Source of the DNA: Candidatus Undinarchaeota archaeon
Lineage (GTDB): Archaea > SpSt-1190 > JASMDC01
Direction: 5' to 3'
Assembly (NCBI GenBank): GCA_964519305.1
Contig: CAZFHY010000009.1
Coordinates: forward strand, 32,001-96,000
Length of the DNA: 64,000 bases
Shown: positions 1-10,081 of the stretch, in pieces
Layout: every line of letters begins with the position of its first letter
How positions within the stretch are numbered: the first letter of the stretch is position 1
Translations under genes and position numbers: made by a program
The notes under the pieces: model-generated
What the model saw: only the letters and a program-made list of their open reading frames with translations
What the model was told of the DNA's origin: nothing
Database searches by the model: none

Positions 1-305
1 ACAGCACCGGTGGCGTCCTTGATCACGCCTTCATCATCGATGCCTTCCCTATGAAGGCAGACCATGGCGTTGCCCGAACGATGGCCCACGACCTCGCTCC
101 CGGCCACCACCATGAAACGGATGGCGGTATTGGCGATTACATTGACGATGATGCGCTCCAGCCCGAGGTTCTCGGTCTTGCATGAGCCCACGAGGAGAGC
201 CTCGATGTCCGAGAAGCGCTCTTTGTTGGAACCTACCGTGACGACCACTACCCTGCTGTCCTTCCTGACCTGGATAAAGTCGCCTTTCACGCGCGGCCAC
301 GCCAC
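1..305 (-). CDS. mtrA: MtrA-like corrinoid-binding protein (tetrahydromethanopterin S-methyltransferase subunit A family), partial; runs off the window edge
   Basis: Not in the ORF track. Manual translation from GTG at 305 gives MAWPRVKGDF...VVVVTVGS...GSCKTENLGLERIIVNVIANTAIRFMVVAGSEVVGHRSGNAM...GIDDEGVIKDATGA, matching the MtrA signatures WP-G, KTENLG-E, N-IRF and GHxxG. Confidence 0.85.
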   Translation of the reverse strand, partial: MAWPRVKGDFIQVRKDSRVVVVTVGSNKERFSDIEALLVGSCKTENLGLERIIVNVIANTAIRFMVVAGSEVVGHRSGNAMVCLHREGIDDEGVIKDATGA

Positions 306-342
306 AAACGTGAAAAACCTTTCGTATTTTAAAAGCCTTTAC

Positions 343-1131
343 ATGGCACGAAGACGACGACGGCTCGGTGCATGGGATAGGGTCAAACGTGTCATCAGAT
401 CCTCATATGTTGTGCTCGAAGTGCTCGATGCCCGTTCCCCTGACACGACACGATGCCACAAGCTCGAGGGATTCGCCCGCCGACTGCACAAGAGCATCGT
501 TCTCGTCGTGAACAAGACCGACCTCGTGGATGAAGCTGATGCCAAGGCGACCCAGCGCCGTCTGGCGACCGATCTTCCTTGCGTTCTTGTGTCCGCGAAG
601 TCCGGAAAGGGCAGGAACCGTCTAAAGGCCCATCTGCGGCCCAAGGCAGGGTCCGATATCCGCGTAGCGGTGTTCGGCTATCCCAATGTCGGTAAGTCGA
701 GCATCATCAACATGCTCACGCGCCGGGGCAAGGCACGGACGTCACCAGAACCCGGATTCACCAAGGGCGAACAGTGGATCAGGATGGACGAGAACATCCT
801 CCTCCTGGACACTCCAGGAGTGATCCCGAGGGACGAGGCGGCCGTCGATCTCGCCCTACTAGGTGCTTGGGACATCGACAAGCTCCGCGATCCGGTCCCT
901 GTTGCCTGGAAGCTCATCGAACACCTCACCGCCAAGCATCCTGCGGTCATAGTGCACTACGGCGGTGATCCATCCCTTTCCACTCACGAAGTGCTCGAAG
1001 CGATCGCGCGTTCCCGTGGACGGCTGCTCCAAGGCGGGGAGCCGGACGTGGACGAGATGGCCAAGATCCTCGTCCGCGACTGGTACCGTGGCCGCATCGC
1101 CAAGATCATCACCGACGAGGACGGGGATTGA
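343..1131 (+). CDS. YlqF/RbgA-family circularly permuted ribosome-biogenesis GTPase
   Basis: Motif order DAR, NKTD (G4), SAK (G5), GYPNVGKSS (G1), T (G2), DTPG (G3). Start moved to ATG 343 because the upstream part of the ORF overlaps mtrA on the opposite strand. Confidence 0.92.
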   Translation: MARRRRRLGAWDRVKRVIRSSYVVLEVLDARSPDTTRCHKLEGFARRLHKSIVLVVNKTDLVDEADAKATQRRLATDLPCVLVSAKSGKGRNRLKAHLRPKAGSDIRVAVFGYPNVGKSSIINMLTRRGKARTSPEPGFTKGEQWIRMDENILLLDTPGVIPRDEAAVDLALLGAWDIDKLRDPVPVAWKLIEHLTAKHPAVIVHYGGDPSLSTHEVLEAIARSRGRLLQGGEPDVDEMAKILVRDWYRGRIAKIITDEDGD

Positions 1132-1170
1132 ACCCGGGTCTTGCCTCTGGTTTTATATAGGTTCGGTGCC

Positions 1171-1773
1171 ATGTCTAGGATGATGCGTCGTACGCTCGGT
1201 AGTTGTCTGGTCGCTCTCGCCCTATTATCCGTGCTCGTCACGGCCGGTCCCTGCGACGATGCTGGCGACAAGAACACATGCTGGGTCAACCAGGCGAAGC
1301 TCATGGCCAAGACCGATCCACGGGGGGCCGTGGCCGTGTGCACCGACGAGCTCACCGACATCGACTGGACCGACTGGTGCCTTGCCACCGTGGGACCCGA
1401 GATAGCTACGGTGGACCCGGCCCGCGGGTCCTCTGTTTGCGACATGGTCGAGGACGGCTCGTGGAAGAGCAAATGCCGCTCCAAGGTGGGCGAAGTGCCC
1501 GAGCCCGTTGGCCCGCCACCCGATACGACAGGGGCGACCTCATATCCCATGCTCGTAGGAGGTCTGTTCGCCCTTGCCCTGCTGGCCGTTGTCAAGTTCA
1601 AGCTCATGGCCCACGAGCCTGAGCATCTAGCCGTTGATGAGGGTGACGAGATGAGCCGTGTGAAGCGGTACGTTGCCGAACAACGCACCCATGGTCACGA
1701 CGATAATGATATCAGGGCGATGCTCAAGCGTCACGACTACCCTTCCGATGTGATCGAGAAGGTCCTGAAGTAA
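1171..1773 (+). CDS. Membrane-anchored protein with Cys-spaced helical repeats
   Basis: Signal peptide, repeated C-x(n)-C units, one TM helix and a small C-terminal helical domain (YVAEQR..G...IRAMLKRHDYP..VIE). Confidence 0.75.
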   Translation: MSRMMRRTLGSCLVALALLSVLVTAGPCDDAGDKNTCWVNQAKLMAKTDPRGAVAVCTDELTDIDWTDWCLATVGPEIATVDPARGSSVCDMVEDGSWKSKCRSKVGEVPEPVGPPPDTTGATSYPMLVGGLFALALLAVVKFKLMAHEPEHLAVDEGDEMSRVKRYVAEQRTHGHDDNDIRAMLKRHDYPSDVIEKVLK

Positions 1774-1905
1774 GGCCGACGGCCACCATTGAAGGTTTTT
1801 TAAAGCTGTGTCAGGATTCGTTCTTGTACGGATGCCCGTGCGCTAGTAATACTGCAGGCCATCCATCGACGGTATACCGAACTGAACGTAAAAGGAGCGA
1901 TTAGA

Positions 1906-2472
1906 ATGGACGTAGAACAAGCCATCCGGAAGCGACGGTCGTACCGTGCACTGGAGGAGACCGAGATCACGCAACGCCTTATCGATCATCTTGCTGGCGC
2001 AGCGCAGCTCGCGCCCTCTTGCTTCAACAAGCAGCCGTGGAGGTACGTGTTCGTTCATGAAACGGATACGCTGTTCAGACTGCAGGAATGCCTCTCGCCC
2101 GGGAACCATTGGGCTAACGCGGCGAACCTCATCATCGCCGTGGTGAGCAAGAAAGAACTTGACTGCTCGGTGGAGGGACGGGACTACTACCTATTCGACA
2201 CGGGCATGGCCACCGGCATCCTCATGCTGCGCGCGACCGAGCTCGGTCTTGTCGCACATCCGATCGCCGGTTATGACGAGATCAAGGCCAAGAAGGTCCT
2301 GGACATCCCCGACGAACTCCAGCTCATCACCCTGCTCATCGTAGGCAAGCAATCTAAACGGAACATAGATGCGCTCCCCGACCATCAGCAGGAGTCCGAG
2401 CGGACACGACCCGATCGTCTCCCCCTCGACAAGATCGCTTTCAAGGACCGGTATCCGGACACTGAGGAATAG
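1906..2472 (+). CDS. Nitroreductase family protein
   Basis: RRSYR, APSCFNKQPW and D-G-A...LRATELGL motifs. Confidence 0.93.
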   Translation: MDVEQAIRKRRSYRALEETEITQRLIDHLAGAAQLAPSCFNKQPWRYVFVHETDTLFRLQECLSPGNHWANAANLIIAVVSKKELDCSVEGRDYYLFDTGMATGILMLRATELGLVAHPIAGYDEIKAKKVLDIPDELQLITLLIVGKQSKRNIDALPDHQQESERTRPDRLPLDKIAFKDRYPDTEE

Positions 2473-2552
2473 GACGCCCGTGTAGCCTGTCAGGGCACGG
2501 CCTGTGAACGACCCGTAACCGATGCTGGTCCGTTGCAGGAGCTACTTGATGC

Positions 2553-5500
2553 TCAGTCCCGCCGACGGCCCAAGTAAGCTCCTGCTAGCGCGAGAAGTGT
2601 CAGCGACTCAACTACACCCACACCAGGCGCGGTAACCAGATCGGAACCACCCGTGGAGCCTGACAGGACCACGAGGTTGACGGTGAGAGGTTCTGCGCGT
2701 ATCTCTTGCGGAACGGTGGCCATCGCCTCGATAACGAGGCTCGTGGTCCCGACCTTGCCCGCGATTATCGGGATCTGGATGACGCGCTGTTCGCCCTTGG
2801 CCAGCTTGTACGTGCACGTCTTGACCCCTACGTTCTCACCACAGTCAAGGACGACGTTGGTGGTGGCCGAGCCTGAGACGGTGAGCGTCACCGCTATCTC
2901 GCCCTCGTAGGGGTTCTGGATGTACACAGGGTAGAGGTGCATCGCACCCACGGTGAGCGCGAGCGACTTGGGCTGGCCCTCCGGATCGAAGAACGGCAGG
3001 TCGTCGACGCACATGGCCCTTAGCGGTGACCAGAACCATCCTGACCGGCAGCAACGGCCGACGGCAGTGATGCAGTTGCCTGTGACGCACTCCCAGTTGT
3101 ACCGACAGGTGCCGATCCGGTATCCGCCCACCTTCAGGTTCACCTTGAAGGGTATGTTCTGGACCACATCGCGACACTCTGCACCGCTCTCCAGGTCGGG
3201 ATCGCCCTTACACACGGTCGATGTGATCTTCACGGTGAAGTCAGTGGGACCCGATACAGGCAGGACCACGTACTTAGAGGCACGGGGTTGGAGTGTCAGG
3301 TTGTAGTACACACCGTCCGAGATAGTCAGCGGCTTGCCTGCCGCGTTGATGACCTGTATAGACACGGGCATCTTGAAGTCCGTGGGGTTCTTGATGAACA
3401 CCGGCACATCGATGATCTCGCCGGGACCAGTGGTTATCACGTTGGCCTTCACGTCCTTGGACCGGTCGCACTCGGCCTTGGACTGCTTGCACGCTTCAGA
3501 GCTCTCGTCCTCGAAGCAGGCATCGGAGAAGCACGCGTCCGAGATGGTCGCTTCGAACCCGCCGACGGTGATCGGGATCTTGTTGACCACCTTGTTGGCG
3601 AACGTACCATCGCCCACCTGGTTCTTGCTCTCCACGATGAGCTCGCCCTTCACGGGTCCGCTCACCGGGATGCGCACGATCTTGGTGGTCCGCGCCTCCA
3701 CGTGGCAGCCGCCGATGGAGGACATGTCGAGGTCGTTGGAGATCTTCGTGCCATCGTCCTTCTCGTACGCGAACGAGATGGCGCACTCCATCTCCGAGTC
3801 GGCGGTGTTGGACACCACGGCCTCGATGTAGTCCTTGCCGATAGCGGCCTGCTGGATCATCTGGGTGTTCTGGAAGAACACGCCCTGGCTCTCGCCTTCT
3901 TGCACGCCCACAGTCTCGCCTGTGGCGAGCTTGGCGGTGACGAACACCGTCACCTCGCCAACGTTCTCCAGCGCGGCCTCGAGGTCGGCAGGTGCCGTCG
4001 GGCACTCACCGGCAACGCAGTGCGCGATGCGCACCTTGATGTAGTAGGTCGCGATGCCCTCGCTGGTCACGTTGAACACGTACTGGTTGTCCGTCTCGGC
4101 ACCAAGGTCCTTGGGCGGATCGGGTAGGGTCTTGATCGGTGCGTGGTCTGCGTCAAAGATCTCGACCTTAAGGCCGAGCGGATAGGACAGGCGGTTGTCG
4201 ATACCGTAGTACCGGTTAAGCGTGGTCTGGGCGTCCTCGAGCGTGTACGTCAGTTCGTCAACGTTCAGCGCGCAAGCATCGTTCTCGCACGTAACGATGA
4301 ACGCGAGGTTCGCCACGAGCTGTGCCTTGGCCTCGTCATCTGTCAGGTCATCTTCCGTGACCTCACCTATCTCGATGTCCGTTTCAACGGACGTGGTGAT
4401 CCACGAGTCGTAGTAGATTAGCTGTGCGCCAGCGAACACGGCGTACTTGATCTGTAGGTCGGTGATCGAGGTCACTGTGAACTCGACGATCCTCGACTCT
4501 CCGGGAGCTATGCCGGAGAGCATTATGGATGCCAGCGTCTTGACACCGGTGGAAACGTTGACCTCTACTGAGACCGTGCTGCCGAGCTGGTTGGTGACCT
4601 TCAGGTACTTCTTTTTGACCTGGTCGATGTTGGTACGCATGCTCAGCACGGGCGGTGGTGAGATACCATCGAGCACGAACTCAGCGTCCGGGACGATACC
4701 TTCCACATCGGTGACGTCGGTGAGGCTTGTCTGTGCCTCGGGAACGGGCGGTAGTGGTGTGTAGCAGTCCGCGGGGCACTTGTTGGGACCGGTCTTCTCG
4801 TCCTCCTGACATACACCATCGGGGCAGGAGGCATCGAGGCAGTCGGCACAGTCGGGGCCCTCGCCCTTCGCGGGCTCGCACTCCCCGTCATTATCGCACG
4901 ACTCGCACACTCCACAGTCGGACGGGCAGTTCTCGCAGCTCTCGCCCTGGATCATGTCGCAGACAAGGGTGCCCGTGATCGGGTCGGGGACACCGCACAT
5001 GTCCGGCAACTGACAATCGTCAGGTGCGTTCTGCCAGCTCTCCCAATAGTCACAGAAGCCGTCAGCGCACACCGTCTGATCACCGGCCTGCTCGCCGGTC
5101 AGACCGCAGCAGTCGGCGGGGCACGTGTCCGTGGTCTCGCCGCGCTCGGATTGGCAGTTGTGGTCGCCGCAGACGTAGATCGGCGCAAGGCAGTCGCGCG
5201 GTAGCGGATCTAGACCCAGCTCGATTATATCGCACACATCGTTGTCCTGACACTCCTGAGGACAGTCCCCGTCGGTCAATGGATCGCACGCACCGTTGTC
5301 GCACGTGACCGGGCATGGGCCGCAGTCGTTGTCGTGGTCGGTGCAGTCCTCGCCCACCTCGCATCCGTTGGCGTCGGGGATGTGGCGTACGACCTCGCAC
5401 TCCTCGCAGATACCGCAGTTGGCCGCGCCCCCGCTGACGGTGCAGCACTCGTTGTAGAGGCACTCCGAGATGGGACCGCAATGGCCGGGGAAGCACGGTG

Positions 5501-8500
5501 ATGGACCGCTGGCCAGCGGTTCCATGCACAGCCCGCCATCGTCGGGCGAACAGTAGCCTTCTATGGAGGAATCGTCCTTGAAGAGCCGGCAGTCCGAGCC
5601 CGCGCCCAGCCAGCTGATGGTGATCTCCTTTGTCTCGAATGATCCCTGGGCGTCACGGTCCACCTGCTTGCAGTAGCGTTTTTCGGTGTCACCGGGCAGG
5701 GTCCGCGTGTGCGTGTCATCGTCGTAGCTCGAGCAATCGCACAGGTCCACGTACTTGAACTTCAGGGTGAAGCCGCGGTTGAACGAAGATTGCATGAACT
5801 GCCAGGTGTTGCACTCGACCTGGTACACGAGGATGCGGTTCTGTCCGGGCCGCAGGGTGTTGGAGACCAGCGGTTCGGCCGAGAGCGTGCAGAAGTTGGA
5901 CTTCCAGCTGGGATCGGGCTCGTCGTTCCCGAGATATAGCTGGTTCTCCCGCGGGTCGTAGTTTAGGATGTAGTCGTAGAGGTCGAAGCCGTTCTTGAGG
6001 TAGGCGATACCGTCCCCCACGTTGGTGAGCACTACCCTGATCTTCTGCACAGGCGAGCAGTGGGGCCATTCGTCATACCCGTCCGGTATGGCCGTGGTCA
6101 CCGTGGCGCTGGACACGACGACGTCGGCGGAGCGCCATATACCTGTTTGTCGGGTACCCTTGTGCTCGTCGAGCGCGTTGAAGAGCCGCAGTTCGTACTT
6201 GGGCCGGGTCATCTGGTCGGGGCCGAACGACTCCGTGGGCGTGAAGCTGCAGTCACCCTCGCACGAGGTGGCACCCTCGCCACAGGTACCTGTGGTGATC
6301 TGGCATTCCGGTGATGCGCCATCGTACTCGAACACCTTGTCATCATGATCATCGCCATGACGCAGGGATATCTTGCGCAGCTCGGTGGTGCACTGGCTCG
6401 TGAACCTGAAATAGAGCGGATCGCCCTTGGCGGGGCAGATGTTCAGGTCGAGGTCCACGGGCGGATCGTAGATGGCGATCTGGGGTTTCTGGATCTTGAT
6501 GTAGAACTCCCCGCACTCGCACCGCTCCTCGTCGAACGCACAGGTAGTTGGATCGCACGTGATGCTCCCGTCCTCGTCAACGTCCCGGGCTATGAGTATC
6601 TTGTGCTGGCCGAAGGGCGTCGATTCGGGAATCCGGATGGAACAGGTAGCGTCCTTCCTGTACTCCTTTCCCGTGCCAGCGTTACAGGTGCCAAGCTTGC
6701 GATCGTCGGCGATGCGGTCCAGGTACACGACAGCCTCGGGGCTCGAGCAGGTCACGGTGTAGGAGAAGGTGATGGTCGCTCCCGGGCACAGCTCGGTGAT
6801 GGGGGGTGCTTCGGTTAGCGTGATCTGGGGGTCCGCCACTTCGAACCCGAGGTCGGCCTGGCCCATCCGCCAGCCGTCGGCGCCCTTTGCAGAGTTGCAC
6901 GAACCGAACTTGCAGATGCTGCTCAGACCGCTGTCGGAGTACTGGTTGCACCCCCAGGCCCTGTCGCCCTCGCCACCGCAGTCGGGGCACACGAAGTTGC
7001 CCTGCGTGTCACAGACACGGGTGGCGGTGTCCACGTAGATGGTGTAGACACCGGGTGCTCTGGGCCCGAGGTATGTCTTCCCGGTATTGGCCCGGTAGTC
7101 GATGTCGTTCCCGGGCGCGTGACCGTAGCGTCGCCAGACATCGCATGTCTGTCCGTCCGATGCACGCAGGTAGGCGATGGCACCGGGGCTCGAGAGGACC
7201 GAGTTGCACGAACTGTCCTTGCACAGCATGCACTTACTCGTGGAGAGGTAGTTCTCGGACTTACCGCCCATGTCGATGATAGGCGACTTGTGCGGATCGC
7301 ACACGGGATTGGACCCGGCGTAATTGATATCACCACACCTCGAGATGCGACCATAGGAGTTGAACGAACCGGTGTTGCGTGCACCGTTCGAGCACACGAG
7401 GTTGTACTGGCTCACGGTGACGTAGAACTGTAGCGCGTCACCCGGACAGATCTGGTTGCCTGTCCGGTCCGGGTCGATATCCACGTTTATAGCACCGGAG
7501 TAGGAGATACCTGTGCTCTGAGTGGCCCCGACGCTGTGGGTGCAATGTGAACCGGCACAGGTGGCGCCGAGGTTCACCTTGCAGTTACCGTTCTTGCACG
7601 TGAACGTCTCATCGGCGTTCTGTCCGGCGAGCCTGAGCTTCACGGCCTGTGAGCCCGTGGTGGTCTTGGGATTGATGGCAAGACGACACCAGGGGTCCGG
7701 GTCCTGTTGTATCGTGGAACCCCCGTTCTCGAGCGACGTGGGTCCCGGACACGTACCTTGGAGCTTGTCCCCCAAGATCACGTCGAAGTAGGTGCCGGGC
7801 GGGTAGCACCGGCTCGCGATATGGAGGTAGAGCGATGCCGACAGACAGGTGCTGTCAGGGAACACGTACAAATCGATTCCCTTCTGGGCGATATCGAGGG
7901 TGACGCTGTCCGAGTCCTCGTAGTACATCCCGGACTGGGGCGCTTTTGCGACGATGTTGACCGATGTCTTGCTGAAGTCCGAGGGGAGCTTGAGCTCGAC
8001 GTACCCGAAGGCGTCCGGGGTCTGGGTCGCACCTATCTGCAGGTCACCGTCGAACATCTTGACGGCCACATGATTGCTACGGACGACGCCCTGACCCCAT
8101 TCATCGATGACGCGGACCTTGAACCTCACACCTGTGCATCCGCTCGGTGGAAGCTCGGTGACGGTCAACTTGCTGACAAGCTTCAGATCGGTGATGGCCG
8201 TGGAGTAACCGTTCTTGAAGGCCACGATCTCAAGGTCGCCCACGAAGTAGGCCATGTCGATGATCGCTTCTGCGGCGGAGTCCCAGGTGAACCTGCCTGT
8301 AGCGTCCGTGGTCCCTTGGGTCATGATCGTCTTGGTCTCGGCGTCACGCACCTCGATGTTCGCTTCCGGGACCGGGTCGTTGGAACTGGTCACAACGAAA
8401 CTGACTGTGCTCTCCGGGTGGATGCTGTTCACCTCCTGGTCGGAAACGTCAAGGATCTTGACGTCGATGATAGGGATGTCGATGGGGATGAACTGCTCCA

Positions 8501-9434
8501 TCTCCTGGAACGCGCCGAGCTCGTCCTTGGCGAAGGCGACAAGGCGGTAGTTGCCGTAGTCGACGTTGTGCAGTTCGCACTCCATGGCGTCACCGTCAAC
8601 AGAGCACTGATCGATTTTCCCTCCTTCCGGGTTGTAGAGCGCCAACGTCTTTTCCACGATCTCGTCATCCTCGGGATCGTTCCAAGTGATCGCTATGTCG
8701 AACTTCGTTATGGTGTCACCGCCCGAAGGGATGGTGTGGACCTCGATGCTCGCATCAGCGGCACGGGGGTGGAAGTTGGTGATGGCCAGGCGAGCACCTG
8801 TGCTGTCCCACTCATCCTCGCCCGAGTCGATGAAGATACCGCAGCCCAGGATAGGTGTTCCCAACGGATCGAACCGGAAGTAGAGGAAGTCGTTGTCGAT
8901 CCGGTCGATGGTCGCCTCGATCCGGTGATCGGCCATGGTCATCTCGCATGTATTGGTTATGGCCTCTGACCCGCGGAACTCGAACCATTCGTCACCGTTC
9001 TCCGGATCACAGTCCAATGTAGGGTAGTATGTATCGCTCGAGCAGAGGGCTACTCGGTACTCGGGAGGTGCCTCACAGTTGGTGGAAGCATAGTACCACA
9101 GCTCTGCTTTGTGATTACTGTAAGCCGTCGTGTTGAACAGCACTCGGACGTACTTGGGGTTCTGGGAAGGATCGTGATGCTGTGGTTCGTTTGTGATGCA
9201 TGCCTCGTTGCGTGTGAACCGCTTCCAGAGACAGGGATCATCCTCCTCACCTGAAGCGACAGCGCAGGCCGCGTCGATGATTGCATTGGTCACATTGTCG
9301 TCCTCACCGCTCTCGATGAGGACTATGAGCGTATCCTTTGAGCGGGCCTCACCTCCTTCCCCTACTGCCGGCAGCAGCACGAGAGCCAGGAACACGCATG
9401 TAATGAACAGGGCATCTTTTCGATCTATCGACAT
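2553..9434 (-). CDS. Giant (2293 aa) Cys-rich cell-surface protein with a PGF-CTERM-like C-terminal anchor
   Basis: N-terminal signal peptide, many beta-rich Ig-like segments, a central cluster of CGD/CDN-x-C...CPxDC repeats, and C-terminal APG + TM helix + RRRD. Confidence 0.88.
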   Translation of the reverse strand: MSIDRKDALFITCVFLALVLLPAVGEGGEARSKDTLIVLIESGEDDNVTNAIIDAACAVASGEEDDPCLWKRFTRNEACITNEPQHHDPSQNPKYVRVLFNTTAYSNHKAELWYYASTNCEAPPEYRVALCSSDTYYPTLDCDPENGDEWFEFRGSEAITNTCEMTMADHRIEATIDRIDNDFLYFRFDPLGTPILGCGIFIDSGEDEWDSTGARLAITNFHPRAADASIEVHTIPSGGDTITKFDIAITWNDPEDDEIVEKTLALYNPEGGKIDQCSVDGDAMECELHNVDYGNYRLVAFAKDELGAFQEMEQFIPIDIPIIDVKILDVSDQEVNSIHPESTVSFVVTSSNDPVPEANIEVRDAETKTIMTQGTTDATGRFTWDSAAEAIIDMAYFVGDLEIVAFKNGYSTAITDLKLVSKLTVTELPPSGCTGVRFKVRVIDEWGQGVVRSNHVAVKMFDGDLQIGATQTPDAFGYVELKLPSDFSKTSVNIVAKAPQSGMYYEDSDSVTLDIAQKGIDLYVFPDSTCLSASLYLHIASRCYPPGTYFDVILGDKLQGTCPGPTSLENGGSTIQQDPDPWCRLAINPKTTTGSQAVKLRLAGQNADETFTCKNGNCKVNLGATCAGSHCTHSVGATQSTGISYSGAINVDIDPDRTGNQICPGDALQFYVTVSQYNLVCSNGARNTGSFNSYGRISRCGDINYAGSNPVCDPHKSPIIDMGGKSENYLSTSKCMLCKDSSCNSVLSSPGAIAYLRASDGQTCDVWRRYGHAPGNDIDYRANTGKTYLGPRAPGVYTIYVDTATRVCDTQGNFVCPDCGGEGDRAWGCNQYSDSGLSSICKFGSCNSAKGADGWRMGQADLGFEVADPQITLTEAPPITELCPGATITFSYTVTCSSPEAVVYLDRIADDRKLGTCNAGTGKEYRKDATCSIRIPESTPFGQHKILIARDVDEDGSITCDPTTCAFDEERCECGEFYIKIQKPQIAIYDPPVDLDLNICPAKGDPLYFRFTSQCTTELRKISLRHGDDHDDKVFEYDGASPECQITTGTCGEGATSCEGDCSFTPTESFGPDQMTRPKYELRLFNALDEHKGTRQTGIWRSADVVVSSATVTTAIPDGYDEWPHCSPVQKIRVVLTNVGDGIAYLKNGFDLYDYILNYDPRENQLYLGNDEPDPSWKSNFCTLSAEPLVSNTLRPGQNRILVYQVECNTWQFMQSSFNRGFTLKFKYVDLCDCSSYDDDTHTRTLPGDTEKRYCKQVDRDAQGSFETKEITISWLGAGSDCRLFKDDSSIEGYCSPDDGGLCMEPLASGPSPCFPGHCGPISECLYNECCTVSGGAANCGICEECEVVRHIPDANGCEVGEDCTDHDNDCGPCPVTCDNGACDPLTDGDCPQECQDNDVCDIIELGLDPLPRDCLAPIYVCGDHNCQSERGETTDTCPADCCGLTGEQAGDQTVCADGFCDYWESWQNAPDDCQLPDMCGVPDPITGTLVCDMIQGESCENCPSDCGVCESCDNDGECEPAKGEGPDCADCLDASCPDGVCQEDEKTGPNKCPADCYTPLPPVPEAQTSLTDVTDVEGIVPDAEFVLDGISPPPVLSMRTNIDQVKKKYLKVTNQLGSTVSVEVNVSTGVKTLASIMLSGIAPGESRIVEFTVTSITDLQIKYAVFAGAQLIYYDSWITTSVETDIEIGEVTEDDLTDDEAKAQLVANLAFIVTCENDACALNVDELTYTLEDAQTTLNRYYGIDNRLSYPLGLKVEIFDADHAPIKTLPDPPKDLGAETDNQYVFNVTSEGIATYYIKVRIAHCVAGECPTAPADLEAALENVGEVTVFVTAKLATGETVGVQEGESQGVFFQNTQMIQQAAIGKDYIEAVVSNTADSEMECAISFAYEKDDGTKISNDLDMSSIGGCHVEARTTKIVRIPVSGPVKGELIVESKNQVGDGTFANKVVNKIPITVGGFEATISDACFSDACFEDESSEACKQSKAECDRSKDVKANVITTGPGEIIDVPVFIKNPTDFKMPVSIQVINAAGKPLTISDGVYYNLTLQPRASKYVVLPVSGPTDFTVKITSTVCKGDPDLESGAECRDVVQNIPFKVNLKVGGYRIGTCRYNWECVTGNCITAVGRCCRSGWFWSPLRAMCVDDLPFFDPEGQPKSLALTVGAMHLYPVYIQNPYEGEIAVTLTVSGSATTNVVLDCGENVGVKTCTYKLAKGEQRVIQIPIIAGKVGTTSLVIEAMATVPQEIRAEPLTVNLVVLSGSTGGSDLVTAPGVGVVESLTLLALAGAYLGRRRD

Positions 9435-9529
9435 AGTTCTACCTCCCCTGCATAATCAGTACGCCGTGTCCTTTTTATAGCTTGGGAAAGGTGTACGGGA
9501 TTGCCAAACCGATCATGGCATGCTCGGAT

Positions 9530-10039
9530 CTAATCCCCATGATCGACAGTTTCTAGCACTTCGAGAAGTCCGCCAATATCACCGCCCATGAGAAGGCATC
9601 CAGCCCCCATGTCGGATACATCATTGATGTTGAACGAACTGTCATCTACGAACAGGCATTCCTCGGGTCGCAGCTCGATGCCGTCCTTAGCGAGATCGCG
9701 CAGCATTTCCTTCACGGAACCACCCTTGGGCCGCCAGCATATGCTCAGACGTACGAAGGAATCACGCAGGTCCCAGCCATCCAGCGCTGCAAGGACCGGG
9801 GGTTCATCGTTGTGGGTGACAAGAGCAAGGAGCACATCACGCTCCTGCAGACCTTTCAGAAGCTCGCGAGCACCCGGGCGGAGGGCGATGGTGGCACCGC
9901 GGGTATCCTCCAGGGTATCAGCATCAAGTCGTCGGAGGGGAGGTCGGAGCAACGAAGCGTAGTCCGCACCCCGGCAGGTCCAAAGTGTCTCGTCACCGTC
10001 AAGGAGCACGAGCCGGTATGCCACGAATCCCACAACCAC
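9530..10039 (-). CDS. Magnesium-dependent phosphatase 1 (HAD IIIC) family
   Basis: LDGDETLW motif I, TH-N motif II, PK and FVDD. Confidence 0.85.
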   Translation of the reverse strand: MVVGFVAYRLVLLDGDETLWTCRGADYASLLRPPLRRLDADTLEDTRGATIALRPGARELLKGLQERDVLLALVTHNDEPPVLAALDGWDLRDSFVRLSICWRPKGGSVKEMLRDLAKDGIELRPEECLFVDDSSFNINDVSDMGAGCLLMGGDIGGLLEVLETVDHGD

Positions 10040-10081
10040 TTGAAAGGTTTTTTAATCCTAGCCTGTCTAATATATTTGCTG

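Noticed and set aside
7707-8969. 420-aa plus-strand ORF and other long ORFs inside the giant gene
   Set aside because: Antisense shadows of a GC-rich coding strand, with no motifs.
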